NCBI GenBank assembly: GCA_963822965.1
Contig: CAWGJT010000005.1
Location: 384,001 to 448,000 of the forward strand
Length of the DNA: 64,000 nt
Direction of reading: 5' to 3'
Origin: an uncultured delta proteobacterium
Lineage (GTDB): Bacteria > Myxococcota_A > UBA9160 > UBA4427
Positions 1 to 11,621 of this stretch are shown one piece after another. Position numbers and translations under genes: made by a program. The notes beneath the pieces were generated by a model. The model ran no database searches, was not told where the DNA came from, and was given only the letters and a program-made list of their open reading frames with translations. The first letter of the stretch is position 1. Every line of letters starts with the position of its first letter.

Positions 1-472
1 CAGGGAGGTCTTGAGGAAGAGGATGGTCCAGAGGGCCAGGACCACCAGGATCGCGATGTCCGAGCCGTAGACGCGCGCGTCGTTGAGCCACGCTTCCTTG
101 CCGTGCATGGCGCCTTCGCGCGACCACTCGAAGATGTAGTGCCGGCCGAAGTAGCCCACGCAGGCCAGCACGGCCGTGATGGGCACCCAGGCCGCGAGCC
201 CCTCGGCGATGCGCCGGTACGGGCCGGGCCAGGTGGCTCCGACGGTGCAGAAGATCGCCGCCAGGATGAGCCCGCCCTGCGCGAGGGTGCCGAAGTAGAT
301 GAAGTTGGTGTGGAAGGCGAGCCACGTGGTCTGCGGGTCCGCGCGGAGCCCGTAGAGGAAGGTCGCGACGCCCAGCACCACCAGACCCGCGCAGATCATC
401 GTCAGCGGCTGGGGCAGCGGCCGCGGGATTGGCCTTCTCGATCTCGTGACCTTTTCCGTGCGCGGCGCTCAC
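1..472 (-). CDS. actF: Alternative complex III membrane subunit ActF (5' part, runs off window; frameshift near 5' end)
   Basis: Hydrophobic minus-strand reading (..WLAFHTNFIYFGTLAQGG..RIAEGLAAWVP..YIFEWS..AWLND..). GTG start overlaps the actE stop. Position follows actE. Confidence 0.75.
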   Translation of the reverse strand, partial: MSAAHGKGHEIEKANPAAAAPAADDDLRGSGGAGRRDLPLRAPRGPADHVARLPHQLHLLRHPRAGRAHPGGDLLHRRSHLARPVPAHRRGARGLGAHHGRAGLRGLLRPALHLRVVARRRHARQGSVAQRRARLRLGHRDPGGPGPLDHPLPQDLP

Positions 473-1080
473 TGTCGCACTCCCTGACCGTTGATCTCGC
501 GGAGATAGTTGACGACGTCCCAGCGTTCCATCGGCGGGATGCGGTCGTAGCTCGGCATCCGCCCGCGCCCCATCGAGATCGTCGTGTAGATGTGTCCGTC
601 GGAGAACACCCGGGCCATGCTGCTCGGCCCGTTGATGGGCAGGACCAGCTGGAAGGGCCCGGTGTTGTTCGGCGCGAACGGCGAAGCGGCCGCGACCGTC
701 CCGTCTCCCATGCCCTGGGGACCGTGACAGGCAGAGCAGTACCGGGCGAAGAGCTTCTCGCCGTTCTTCAGCGAGGCCAGGCTGGCGGGCACGGGGTTGG
801 TCACGGCGTCCTGCTGGGTGAGGTCCATCACCGCCACGTCGGGCAGGGACGATCCGCCCACCGGGATGGTTCCGTCGGGCGGGACGAAGCCCTGCAGCTG
901 GTCGTGGTAGGGGATCTCCTCGAAGGCCTGGATCGCCGGCTGCTTCTTCATCTGCGGGAACCACGCACCGCCGTCCATCTGCTCCCAGCAGCCGAACGAC
1001 GCGGCCACCACGAGCAGCACCGCGACGGTCCAGGGACGCGGCAACGCGGGTCTGCGCGGAGAACGCTTCGACGAGCTCAC
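469..1080 (-). CDS. actE: ACIII monoheme cytochrome c lipoprotein ActE
   Basis: Lipobox-like SFGC, single CSACH, GRGRMPSY..RWDVVNYLR C-terminus, operon position. Confidence 0.85.
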   Translation of the reverse strand: MSSSKRSPRRPALPRPWTVAVLLVVAASFGCWEQMDGGAWFPQMKKQPAIQAFEEIPYHDQLQGFVPPDGTIPVGGSSLPDVAVMDLTQQDAVTNPVPASLASLKNGEKLFARYCSACHGPQGMGDGTVAAASPFAPNNTGPFQLVLPINGPSSMARVFSDGHIYTTISMGRGRMPSYDRIPPMERWDVVNYLREINGQGVRQ

Positions 1081-1580
1081 TCATCGAGAAGGGTGACCTC
1101 CTTGGCGGAGAGGCTCCGCAGCAGGGCGTCGACCTCGGCGACGTCGCGATCGCTGACCGTCACCGCCACCCCGAACTCCTCCGCCGAGAAGCGCGGGCTG
1201 TAGGCGGCGTCGAGGGGCCTCGGATAGAGCCGACCCACGAGGAAGAGGCCCACCAGCGTGAGGACGCCGCCGAAGAGGATGGTCAGCTCGAAGCCGATGA
1301 TCACGTAGGGCGGGATCGACGCGTAGGCCTTGCCGGCGATCTTGATCGGCCACTCGAGGGACATCCAGATCTGCATCGCGAAGCCGGTCACGACGCCGGT
1401 GAGCCCGCCGACGAGCGTGAACGCGCGCACCTTGCTGGGACGATCGTCCATGGCCTCGTCGATCTGCTCGAACGGGGCCGGCGAGTACGACTCGATCTGG
1501 TCGAAGCCGCGTCCCCGCAGCTTGCGGATGGCCGTCGCCGTGTCGTCCGGCATGTCGAAGACGCTCACCAGGGTCGGCAT
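1077..1580 (-). CDS. actD: ACIII subunit ActD (DUF3341)
   Basis: MPTLVSVFD..YSPAP..WPIKIAGK..FELTILFG..YSPRFS motifs; ATG overlaps the actC stop. Confidence 0.9.
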   Translation of the reverse strand: MPTLVSVFDMPDDTATAIRKLRGRGFDQIESYSPAPFEQIDEAMDDRPSKVRAFTLVGGLTGVVTGFAMQIWMSLEWPIKIAGKAYASIPPYVIIGFELTILFGGVLTLVGLFLVGRLYPRPLDAAYSPRFSAEEFGVAVTVSDRDVAEVDALLRSLSAKEVTLLDE

Positions 1581-2967
1581 CAGTGGGCCTCCGCGTGCGC
1601 GGCCCCGGCCGCGTGCGCCTTTTCGTGGATCAGAAGCTCCTTCATCTCGGCGATGGCGATGATCGGGAGGAACTTCAGGAAGAGCAGGAAGAACATGCTG
1701 AACCAGCAGAACGAGCCCGCGAGGATCGAGAGCTCGGCCGGGCTCGGGATGTAGAGGCCCCAGGCGCCCGTCACGTACTCCCGCGAGAGCGACGTGATGA
1801 TGATGACGTAGCGCTCGAACCACATGCCGATGTTGATGAACACGCAGAGCACGAAGAGGAAGGGGACGCTCGTCCGGAGCTTCTTGATCCAGAGCAGCTG
1901 CGGGAAGATCACGTTGCACGAGATCATGATCCAGGTCGAGATCCAGTAGGGACCGAAGGCGCGCAGCCAGAAGCGAGGTCTGCTCGAAGTCCACGCCGCT
2001 GTACCAGGCGATGAAGTACTCCGCCGCGTACGCGTAGCCGCAGATCAGCGACGTGAACAGGATGAAGCGGGACATGTTCTCGAAGTGGTAGTCGGTGATG
2101 TACGGCTCGAGGCGGAAGATGCGCCGCACCGGGATCATCACCACCACCACCATCGCGAAGCCACCGAAGATGGCGCCCGCGACGAAGTAGGGCGCGAAGA
2201 TCGTCGCGTGCCAGCCCGGGACGATGGACATGGCGAAGTCCCAGGACACGACCGAGTGGACGGAGAGCACCAGCGGCGTCGCGAGGCCGGCCAGGTGCAG
2301 CACGGTGCGGTTGTGGGCCTTCCACTGGCGCCCGGTGCCCTGCCAGCCGCCCGACAGGAGCGTGTACACGAACTTCTTGATGCCCGTGGCCCGGTCGCGA
2401 GCGATGGCGATGTCGGGAATCAGGCCGACGAAGAAGAAGATGATCGAGATCAACATGTAGGTGTTGATCGCGAAGACGTCCCACAGCAGCGGGCTCTTGA
2501 AGTTCACCCACAGGGCGCGCTGGTTGGGATACGGGATGAGGAAGTAGAACTTCCAGAGGCGGCCGATGTGGATCAGCGGGAACAGCGCCGCGGTCAGCAC
2601 CGCGAAGACCGTCATCGCCTCGGCGCCGCGGTTGATCGCGTTGCGCCACTTCGCCCGGAAGAGGAAGAGGATCGCCGAGATCAGGGTCCCGGCGTGGCCG
2701 ATCCCGATCCAGAACACGAAGTTGATGATGTAGACGCCCCAGAAGATCGGGCGCCTGGTAGCCGGCGATGCCCAGGCCCTTGTAGGTCTGGTAGGCCAGC
2801 GTGAAGATCGCCTGGGCGACGCCGATCAGCGCCAGACCGAGCAGCAGACCCCACTGCCAGGAGACCCCCTTCGTCACCGACATCACGTCGGTATTGATCT
2901 GGGAGTCCTGCGGGATCGTGCTCGGCCGCATCATGTCGACCACTGCAGTAGCGGGCGGCGGCGTCAT
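1580..2967 (-). CDS. actC: ACIII NrfD/polysulfide-reductase-type quinol-binding subunit ActC (2 frameshifts)
   Basis: FWIGIGHAGTLISA, RGAEAMT, NFKSPLLWDVFAI, LSVHSVVSWDFA, PGWHATIF, GMWFERYVII motifs spread over three frames. Confidence 0.92.
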
Positions 2968-5900
2968 CCGTGGCTCCTCTCTTCGTCGTGGCTCCGCGGG
3001 GAATCGTCCTCGATGCGCGTCACCTGGGCGAGATAGGTGATGGCCGGACGCGTGTTGAGCTCCTGCAGCGAGTGGTAGGAGCGCCGATCGTCCTGGCTCT
3101 TCTGGACGACCTGGCTCTTCTCGTCCTTCGAGTTGCCGAAGGTGATCGCGCTCGTCGGGCACGACTGCTGGCAGGCGGTCAGCACCTCGCCGTCGGCGAT
3201 CGGCCGCTTCTCGTCCTTCGCCTTCTGTCGCGAGTACTCGATCCGCTGGTAGCAGAACGTGCACTTCTCCATCACGCCCTGCCCGCGCACGGTCACGTCG
3301 GGGTTGAGCATCATGCCGAGCAGACCCGGCCAGTTCTCGCGGCTGTAGTCGAAGTAGTTGAAGCGCCGCACCTTGTAGACGCAGTTGTTCGCGCAGTAGC
3401 GCGTGCCCACGCAACGGTTGTAGATCATCCCGTTGATGCCCTCGGGCGTGTGGTAGGTGGCGATCACCGGACACACCGCCTCGCAGGGCGCCGCGCCGCA
3501 GTGCTGGCACAGCATCGGTGCCTGGCGGACGTCCACCTGGCCGAGCTCCTCGCTGTCCGGATGGGGTCGCCGTTTCTGGCCACCGCTGCCGGTCGCCCTC
3601 GCCGATGTAGCGCTCGATGCGGAGCCAGGTCATCTCCCGGTGCCGGGTGGCGCCGTCCTGGCCGACCACCGGGACGTTGTTCTCGATGTAGCAGGCCGCG
3701 ATGCAGGCCGAGCAGCCCGTGCAGCGGTCGTTGTCGATGGTCATGCCCCAGCGGTACGGCGAGTCGGGGTTCGCATCGTTCTGCATCTCGTACGCGAAGG
3801 GCGGTCCCTCCGCGTGGTGCCCTTCGTACTGGTCCGCCTCCGGGACCGGCGCGGAATGGCCCTTCTCCTTCACCAGGGCGACCGCGGACACCGCGGGGAC
3901 CAGACCGCGTTCATGCTGGTTGTCGGTCCACTGGGAGAGGGGAATGCGGCTGAACGCGCCGGTCCGGCTGAGCTTCGCCCGGGTCGTGAGGAAGGCCCGC
4001 GACCCGGCCTCGTCCGAGACGGCGGGCAGCACCGACAGGATGTTCACGCCGCGCGCGACGCCCGGGGCGCCGTCGTTCTCCATCGAGGCGTAGAGGCCGA
4101 CGGTGTGGCCCTGCCCGATCGCCACGGCGACCACGTCGTCGCGCACGCCGCCCCGGGGATAGACCGGAAGCTCCACCGAGCCGGCTCCGAAGCCCGGTGT
4201 CGACCCGGATGACGTCGCCGAAATCCACGCCCAGCCGGCGCGCGGTCTCGTTGCTGATCTCCGCCCACGACTGCCAGCTCGCCTTGGTGACCGGGTCGGG
4301 AATCTCCTGCAGCCAGGGCAACGCGGCGCCGCTGCCGTCCGACAGCATCGAGTGCGCGTACGCGACGAGGGTGTGCTCCCCCTCCCCTTCGAGCTTCGGC
4401 AGCCACCGCGGAGAGGTCGGCGACCGAAGCGCGTCAGGCTCGGCGTCTTCGTCGGCGTCTTCTCGAAGACGCCGCCGCGATCCAGGGCCGCGCGCCAGCT
4501 CGTACCGCTCCAGTTGGCCTGCAGCACGTCGTAGGTCGTTCCCGCCGGCAGCCCGGCGGCGCCCACGGCGCGTCCCACCGAGAGCAGGGTGTCGCCGAGG
4601 GGCGCGGCCGCTCTTCAGGGGCCGGATGGTGGGCTGCTGCAGGGAGCGGACGCCCTTGCGCGGCTCCGCGTCGCCCCACGACTCCAGGGGCGTGAGATCC
4701 GGCAGCACCAGGTCGGCCTTCGCGCTCGTCTCGTCCTGCAACGCCGCAAACGAGACGACGAAGTCGACCTTCGACATCGCGTCGGGGAAGCCGAGGCCGC
4801 CGGGCATCGAGTAGACGGGGTTGGCGTCGTGGACGAGGAGCACGGCCACCTCGCCGCCGTTCATCTTGTCGGTCAGCCGGCGCAGGGCGTCGAGATTGGC
4901 GGGCGCGGGCGCGGTCTCCTGCTCGGGAAGCACCACCGCAGTGCCGAGTGCCCCGAGCATCGCGTTCAGCAGCATCACGGCCGCGGCGGTCGCGGTGGCC
5001 TGGGGGCCCGTGGCCGCCACGCCCGGCGGCAGGGCCACCGCCGACTTCGCGGCCAGCACGCGCTTCGCGAGCTTCTCGAGATCGGCCACCTCGATGCCGA
5101 CCTGCGAGGCGACGGCCCGGGTATCGACGCCCCGCAGCGCCGACTCGATGGCGGTGCGGTCGCCCGGGATCGGATCGCCGTGGGCCTTGCGCATCTCGTA
5201 GACCGCGGCGGCGAGGGCCAGGGCCACGATCCCTTCACTGCCGGCCGAGGCCGGAATCCACTCGTCGGCGTTCGAGGCGGTCATGGAGAGCCGGGGCCCC
5301 ACGTGGACGAGCCGCGCACCGCCGTTCGCATGCTTCTCGAGGTCCTGAGCCTCGGCGAATTGCCGGTTGGACTCGATGGAGAAGAGACCGCCGTCGAGGA
5401 AGTCCGAGCCGAAGTCGACGATCAGGTCGGCGCCGGAGACGTCGAAGATCGGCAGCACGGGCTCGCCGAAGACCAGGGCCGAAGCCGCACGCAGCGCGTC
5501 GTGGGAGAAGGGCTCGTAGACGACGCGTCCGCCCGCGCCCACGCCGGCCACGAAGCGATCGATGATTCCGTTCACCGTCGGGCCGCGGTCCGCGCCGAGC
5601 ACCCAGGTCTTCGCCCCGGCGGCGCGCAGCTTCTCGGCGAGCTTCGCCTCGGCCTCTTCCCAGGTGATGGGGGCGAGCTTTCCGTCGGCGCCCCGCGCCA
5701 TCGGACCCTCGTAGCGATCGGGGTGGTAGGTGCGGCCGATGCCGGCCTGACCCCGAGCGCACAGCTTGCCCTGGTTCACGGGATGGCTCGGGTTTCCCTC
5801 GAGCTTCACCGGACGACCCTCGCGGGTCTTGACGTGGAGACCGCAGGCCGCGGGACACTCTCGACAGGTGGACGAGTAGTAGACGGGGATGCCGGGGGTG

Positions 5901-6025
5901 ATGACCGCCGGCTGGACCACGTAGGGGACGAGCTTCTCGATGGGATCCGAGCAGCCCGCCGCGGCGGCGGCTCCCGCCCCGAGACCCACGAGTCTCAAGA
6001 AATCTCGACGATCTAGCTCAGGCAT
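2964..6025 (-). CDS. actB: ACIII ActB, molybdopterin-oxidoreductase-like domain plus Fe-S domain (several frameshifts)
   Basis: Tat signal DRRDFL, CRECPAAC..REGRPVKLEGNP, CTGCSACIAAC, CQHCGAAPCEAVCP, CVGTRYCANNC, MEKCTFC. Confidence 0.92.
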
Positions 6026-6104
6026 GCGTCCGTCCCGGAGATTGGGTGAGTGGTGGCTCGGGTCGGCCTGCGGGGGCCCACCGTGAGGCTTCGCGATGAC
6101 GGGC

Positions 6105-6857
6105 TCAGTGATGACATCGCATGCAGTCCGTCGGAGCCTGGTACTGCTCCTTGCGGTGGCACTGGATGCACCAGCCCATCTCCAGCGTCTGGGAGGGGAC
6201 CCCGTACTTCCAGTTCGTATCCGGCTGGACGTAGACCCGGTCCATCGTCTGCACCGGGCCGTGGCAGGTCTGGCAGGCGACGCCGAACTGGATGTGCCGG
6301 TTGTGCCGGAACTTCACGTACTCGGGCAGCCGGTACACCTGGTTCCACTCGATGGGCTTCTTCTCCTCCCAGTGCTTCTTCAGGATGCGGATGCCCTCGA
6401 GCTCGTCGTACTCGGGCGGGAACTGGGAGTGGCAGCCCATGCAGACGCCCAGCGCGGGCACGCCCGCGGCCCGCGAGCGGTCGGTGCCGGAGTGGCAGTA
6501 CTGGCAGTCGAGCTTCAGGTAGCCGGCGTGGTGCTTGTGGCTGAACGGGATCGGCTGGCGCAGGCCCGGATTGTCCTCGTTCCAGGCCTCGTCGTGGGCC
6601 AGGCAGGCCGCGAGGCTCGGATGGGACTTGTCGTACTCGGGCGGGATCTCGATCTCGAGGCTCGGGTCGCGCTCCTTGCGGGCCTTGAGCTTGTGGGCCT
6701 CGCAAACGCTTCCGGCCACGAGCTTCTCCGCGGCGGTGGAAGCCGACGGGGCCAACAGGGCCTCTCCGAGCACGAGCAGTGCGCCTGTCAGCACTGCGAC
6801 CGAGGTGATGCCCGCGGTGACCAGCCAGCGCCGGTGGGTCCTGCGGTTCAGGCTCAT
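6105..6857 (-). CDS. actA: ACIII pentaheme cytochrome c ActA
   Basis: N-terminal TM helix, QPIPFSHKHH, five CxxCH motifs (CQYCH, CMGCH, CQTCH, CIQCH, CMRCH). Confidence 0.9.
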   Translation of the reverse strand: MSLNRRTHRRWLVTAGITSVAVLTGALLVLGEALLAPSASTAAEKLVAGSVCEAHKLKARKERDPSLEIEIPPEYDKSHPSLAACLAHDEAWNEDNPGLRQPIPFSHKHHAGYLKLDCQYCHSGTDRSRAAGVPALGVCMGCHSQFPPEYDELEGIRILKKHWEEKKPIEWNQVYRLPEYVKFRHNRHIQFGVACQTCHGPVQTMDRVYVQPDTNWKYGVPSQTLEMGWCIQCHRKEQYQAPTDCMRCHH

Positions 6858-7275
6858 GACGATCCGTTGGCCCCCTGTCTTGATTCGCCTTGCGTCGCGA
6901 CCGACGTCTCCGCCGGACTGGAAGTGATCCGCCTGGCTGCCAGCTGCCGCGTACGACTGATCCCGGGCCGCCAGCGAGCGCCCCGAGAGATCGGGAGATG
7001 AGCGGAGCGCCCGGCGTCCGTTCGACGACGGGCAGGGGGTGATCCAATCCCCCCCACGACCGCGACCGGCAGTATGATTGGGCGCCAATGCCGGTCCAAC
7101 GCATCGGATCGTTGCACCGCGAAGACCCATTCGCCGCGGTCCGCGGCCGCGAGGTCGCCTCGTGCGAGGGCGTCGCCAGCTGATAGAATCGCGGCATCCC
7201 AGCGGACGGCTCCGCAGACCCCGCCATGGAGCGCCGTCTCCGCATTGCCTTGAAAACCCTACGGAGGTGCCGGCG

Positions 7276-7302
7276 ATGATCGGCTTCAGCCGCAGCGAAT
7301 GA
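7276..7302 (+). other. 8-codon upstream ORF MIGFSRSE, a diverged duplicate of the acyl-CoA dehydrogenase start
   Basis: GGAGG at 7263-7267; ATG 7276; TGA 7300-7302 overlaps the ATG at 7299; tandem 23-bp units. Confidence 0.6.
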
Positions 7303-8401
7303 TCGGCTTCGACCCCAGCGAAGAGCAGCAGCTCATCGTCGAGACCGTGCGCCAGTTCGTCGAGAACGAGATCCGGCCCCACTCGCGCGACTGCGACGAG
7401 GCGCAGGCCCTCTCGAAGGACGTGCTCTCCCAGGCCCACGAGCTGGGGCTGGTCGCGAACGGGCTGCCCGAGGCCCACGGCGGCGGCGGCGAGCGCAGCG
7501 CCGTCACCAGCTGCCTGGTCGTCGAGGAGCTCGCCTTCGGCGACCTCTCCCTGGCCCTCGGCGTGCTGTCCCCGTCCCTGCTCGGCCGTGCCGGTGATGG
7601 ACTTCGGCACGCAGGCGCAGCAGAGCGAGCTGCTGCCGGGCCTGTGCGGCGACTCCTTCGAGCCCGGCAGCCTGGCCCTGGTCGAGCCGCGCTTCGACTT
7701 CGACCCCCTGGCACCCGCGAGACCCGGGCCCGCCGCGACGGCGACGACTACCGGCTCGACGGCGCCAAGTGCCTGGTGCCCTGGCTCGACGGCGGGCGGT
7801 CCCGTGCTCGTCGTGGCCGAGGAGGACGGGATTCCCCAGGCCTTCCTGGTGCCGCGCGGCGCGGCGGGGATGAACGCGACGCCCGAAGCCAACCTCGGGC
7901 TCGCGGGCCTTCCCACGGTGGAGCTCGCGCTCGAGGGCGTGCAGCGTGCCGCAGAGCGCACGGCTCGGAGGCGAGGCCGGCATCCAGCTGCAGCGGCTCC
8001 TCGATCGGGGCCGCGTGGCCACCGCTGCGGCGGGCGTCGGCATGGCTCGTGCGTCGTTCGAGCTGGCCCGCGACTACGCGAAGGAGCGCCAGGCCTTCGG
8101 CGCCCCCATCGCCACCAAGCAGGCGATCGCCTTCAAGCTCGCCGACATGGCCATCGAGATCGACGCCGCGCGGCTGCTCACCTGGGAGGCCGCGGCCGCC
8201 CTGGACGGCGGAGACGACGGCGAGGCCTGTACGCGCTTCGCGCGGCTCGCCTTCGACAAGGCCCGCCGCACGGCTCTGCAGGCGGCCGACGGGGCGGTGC
8301 AGATCCTCGGCGGCCACGGCTACATCCGCGACTACCTGCCCGAGATGCACCTGCGCAACGCCGGCGGCTTCTGCAACTACGAGGCCCTCTGCCTGATCTG
8401 A
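7299..8401 (+). CDS. Acyl-CoA dehydrogenase family protein (frameshifted)
   Basis: EELAFGD, YAKERQAFGAPIATKQAIAFKLADM, AVQILGGHGYIRDY across three or more frames. Confidence 0.88.
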
Positions 8402-8436
8402 GGCCGGAACACCTCCGAAAAGGGAAAGGTGACGAG

Positions 8437-9670
8437 ATGGCGATCTCTTTCGAGCTGACCCGCAACAGCGTCCTCGCGCGCGAGCACTACAACCGCATCG
8501 CGCGGGAGCAGATGCGCCCCCTCTCCCGAGAGGCCGATCGCGCCGAGCACGTGCTGCCCCGGAAGTGGGTCGACTTCTGGTGGAACGAGGGTCGCAAAGG
8601 CTCACCCGGCGATCCGAGCGCGGAGAGCGACGGCTTCGTCACGGTCTGCATCCAGGCCGAGGAGCTGTGCTGGGGAGACGCCGGCCTCTACCTGCGCATG
8701 CCGACCGCGGCGCTGGGCGGCTCGGCGGTCGGTGCCGCGGGCACGCCCGAGCAGCGCGCGAAGTTCATGGCGCCCTTCCGCGACAGCCCGCACCCCGTGT
8801 GGGGCGCCATGGCGATCACGGAGCCGGAGGCCGGCTCGGACGCGGCCGCCATCCAGACCACCGCCGAACTCGACGAGGACGACGAACGAGTGGATCCTGA
8901 ACGGTACCAAGATCTTCTGCACCGCGGGAGAGGGCGCGTCCCAGGTGGAGGGCGGCTTCGTGGTGGTCTGGGCCACCATCGACAAGTCGGCCGGACGCGG
9001 CGGCATCAAGTCGTTCGTCGTGCCCGCGAAGACGCCGGGCATGGAGCTCGTCGGCCTCGAGAAGAAGATGGGCATCCGCGCGTCGGACACCGCGACCCTG
9101 CGCCTGGAGAACTGCCGCGTGCCGGCCGGCAACCTGCTCGGCAGCGCCGAGGTCAAGAAGAAGAAGAAGGAGGGACCCGCCGGAGACAAGGGCTTCAAGG
9201 GCGCGATGGCCACCTTCGACGCCAGCCGCCCCATCGTCGCGGCCATGGCCGTCGGCGTGGGCCGCGCCTCCCTCGACTTCCTCAAGGAGGAGCTCGGGCG
9301 CCAGGGCGTGAAGCTGCGCTACGACGCGCCGCCCCACGCGCTCTCCGCCATCGAGCGCGACGTCATGGAGATGGAGGCCGAGCTCCAGGGGGCCCGGCTC
9401 CTCACCTGGCGCTCGGCGCAGATGATGGGCCACGGCAAGCCCAACAACCTCGAGGCCTCGATGGCGAAGGCCAAGGCCGGCCTCGCCGTCACGCAGATCA
9501 CCCAGCGCGCCGTGGAGATCCTCGGCCCCATCGGCCACTCCCAGAAGCTCCTGGTGGAGAAGTGGATGCGCGATGCCAAGATCAACGACATCTTCGAGGG
9601 GACGCAGCAGATCAACCAGCTGATCGTCGCCCGCCGAATCCTCGACTACTCCTCGTCGCTGCTGCGGTAG
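8437..9670 (+). CDS. Acyl-CoA dehydrogenase family protein (one frameshift)
   Basis: MAITEPEAGSD, LNGTKIF, KKMGIRASDTA, VEKWMRDAKINDIFEGTQQI. Confidence 0.92.
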
Positions 9671-9732
9671 CCTCGTCGCTGCTGCGGTAGTCTTCGTCGC
9701 TGCAGCGTTGGTCCTCGTCGCTGCTGCGCTGG
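9651..9732 (+). repeat. Tandem repeat (20-21 bp x4) beginning with the last codons and stop of the acyl-CoA dehydrogenase
   Basis: CCTCGTCGCTGCTGCGGTAG x2 perfect, followed by two degenerate copies. Confidence 0.9.
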
Positions 9733-9752
9733 CCAACCCAAAGGAAGCCCCC

Positions 9753-10007
9753 ATGCCCGTCGCCCAGGACCTCCTCGAGATCCTCGTGTGCCCCGAGTCC
9801 CGGCAGCCGGTGAAGCCGGCGCCGGAAGACCTGCTGGCCGACCTGAACCGCCGCATCCAGGCGGGCAGCCTGCGCAACCGGGGCGGCGGAAAGGTCGAGA
9901 AGCCCATCGCGGAGGGCCTCGTCCGGGAGGACGGACGCATCCTCTACATCGTCGACGACGACATTCCCGTGATGCTGATCGAGGAGAGCATCGAGCTGGG
10001 GGCGTAG
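9753..10007 (+). CDS. Trm112/YcaR-like small protein
   Basis: LLEILVCPES...YIVDDDIPVMLIEES pattern. Confidence 0.85.
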   Translation: MPVAQDLLEILVCPESRQPVKPAPEDLLADLNRRIQAGSLRNRGGGKVEKPIAEGLVREDGRILYIVDDDIPVMLIEESIELGA

Positions 10008-10053
10008 ACCCGGGGCACCCCGGCCGAGCCCGGCTTCCCCAGCGACCGAAGCC

Positions 10054-10849
10054 TCAGCTCGCGAACTCGCGCTTCTTCAGCTGTCGGACGTACTCGGAGA
10101 GCTCGGCGTCCGAGGCGACCAGCGCGAGATCCGCTCCTCGAACTCGGCGGCGCTCTTCTTGAGCGGCTCCTCGTCGATGCGGGAGCGGGAGCAGCTGGCC
10201 GAGCTTCTGCAGCAGGGCCAGGGCGCCGCGCGGGTTCGGCGACGCGTTGATGTAGTGGGGCAGCCCCGCCCACAGGCTCACCACCGGCAGCCCCTCCTCC
10301 TCGAGCCGGTCGCCGAGCACGCCCACGATGCCCGTCGGCCCCTGGTAGTCCGAGGCCGCCACCGAGAGCCCGTCGAGGTCTTCGTCGCGGGTCGCGAAGC
10401 CGCTCACCTGCACCGGCTGGGAGTAGACGACGTCGGCCTGGTACGCACCCAGGATGAACGGCGCGCCCCACGTCCAGCCGCCGGGCCAGGGCCACCACCG
10501 CGTCGCAGTAGCTGCGCCAGCGCAGGTGCGGCTCGATGCCGACGCCGGTCACGACCTCGCGCACCTCGTCGAGCGAGCCGTAACGCAGCTCGGTGTCCGG
10601 CCAGAGGATGATCCGCTCCCGCCCGCCGCCCTTTCGCCGGGGACGCTGCACCACCTCGGGCCGCCGCACCGTGAAGTCGAAGAAGTCCTCGCAGTCGATC
10701 TCCGCCAGGGGCACCGAGTGGATCGCGGCGTCGATGTAGCGCACGGCGGTGGTCGCGGCCTCTCCCGCGTCGTTCCAGCCCGCGAACGCGAGGATCAGCG
10801 ACGGCTGGTGCAGGACGGGTTCCACGTGCATGCGAAGCGGATCGGTCAC
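10054..10849 (-). CDS. PAC2 (proteasome assembly chaperone) family protein (frameshifted)
   Basis: AFAGWNDAGEAA, FFDFTVRRP, GIEPHLRWRSYC, YQGPTGIVG, SLWAGLPHY, PNPRGALAL. Confidence 0.85.
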
Positions 10850-10901
10850 CCGGGAAGGGTCGCACGATCCCGCACCGTCCCGACAAGGGTGCGCGCCGGA
10901 T

Positions 10902-11605
10902 TCAACGCTCGAATCGGTAGCCGTGTCCCCGCACGGACACGATGTGGCGCGGTCGAGACGGATCCGGTTCGATATAGCGACGCAGGCGCACGACGAAGCT
11001 GTCGACCACGCGCGTCTGGGTGTCGGGCCGCAGGCCCCACACCTCTCCAGCAGCTCGCCGCGCGTGACGGCCTTGCCTTCGTGCGCGATCAGCGCGCGCA
11101 GCAGACCCATCTCGCGCGTGGTGAGGGAGAAGGTGCCCCGGGGCGTCTCGATCTCGAAGCGATCGAAGAAGACGGCCACGTCGCCGAAGCGGAACTCCCG
11201 GGGCGTCCGGTCGCCACCGCCGTGCCAGCGTCGCCGGCGCAGCAGGCCCTTCACCCGCGCCAGCAGCTCGTCGAGCTGGAAGGGCTTCGTGAGGTAGTCG
11301 TCGGCGCCCTCCTCGATCCCCCGCACCACGTCGCTCGAGTCGTCCTTTGCGGTGAGGATCAGGATCGCCACGTAGTTCCCCGCCGCGCGGGTGCGCCGAG
11401 CGACCTCGAACCCGCTCATCTCCGGCAGCATCAGGTCGAGGATCACCAGGTCGAACGTCCCGTCCGGATTCGTGAGCTGCGAGACGGCCTCGCGGCCGTC
11501 GTGGGCGACCACGACCTCGTAGCCCTCGGCCTCGAGGTTGAAGCGGAGCCCGTCGGCGATGTGGGCGTCGTCCTCCACCACGAGGATGCGTGCCTTGGTC
11601 GTCAT
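10902..11605 (-). CDS. OmpR-family response regulator (frameshift near 3' end)
   Basis: ILVVEDD, LVILDLMLP, GADDYLTKPF; winged-helix end ..VRGHGYRF in a shifted frame. Confidence 0.92.
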
Positions 11606-11621
11606 GGGCTCAGGAGAGTCG

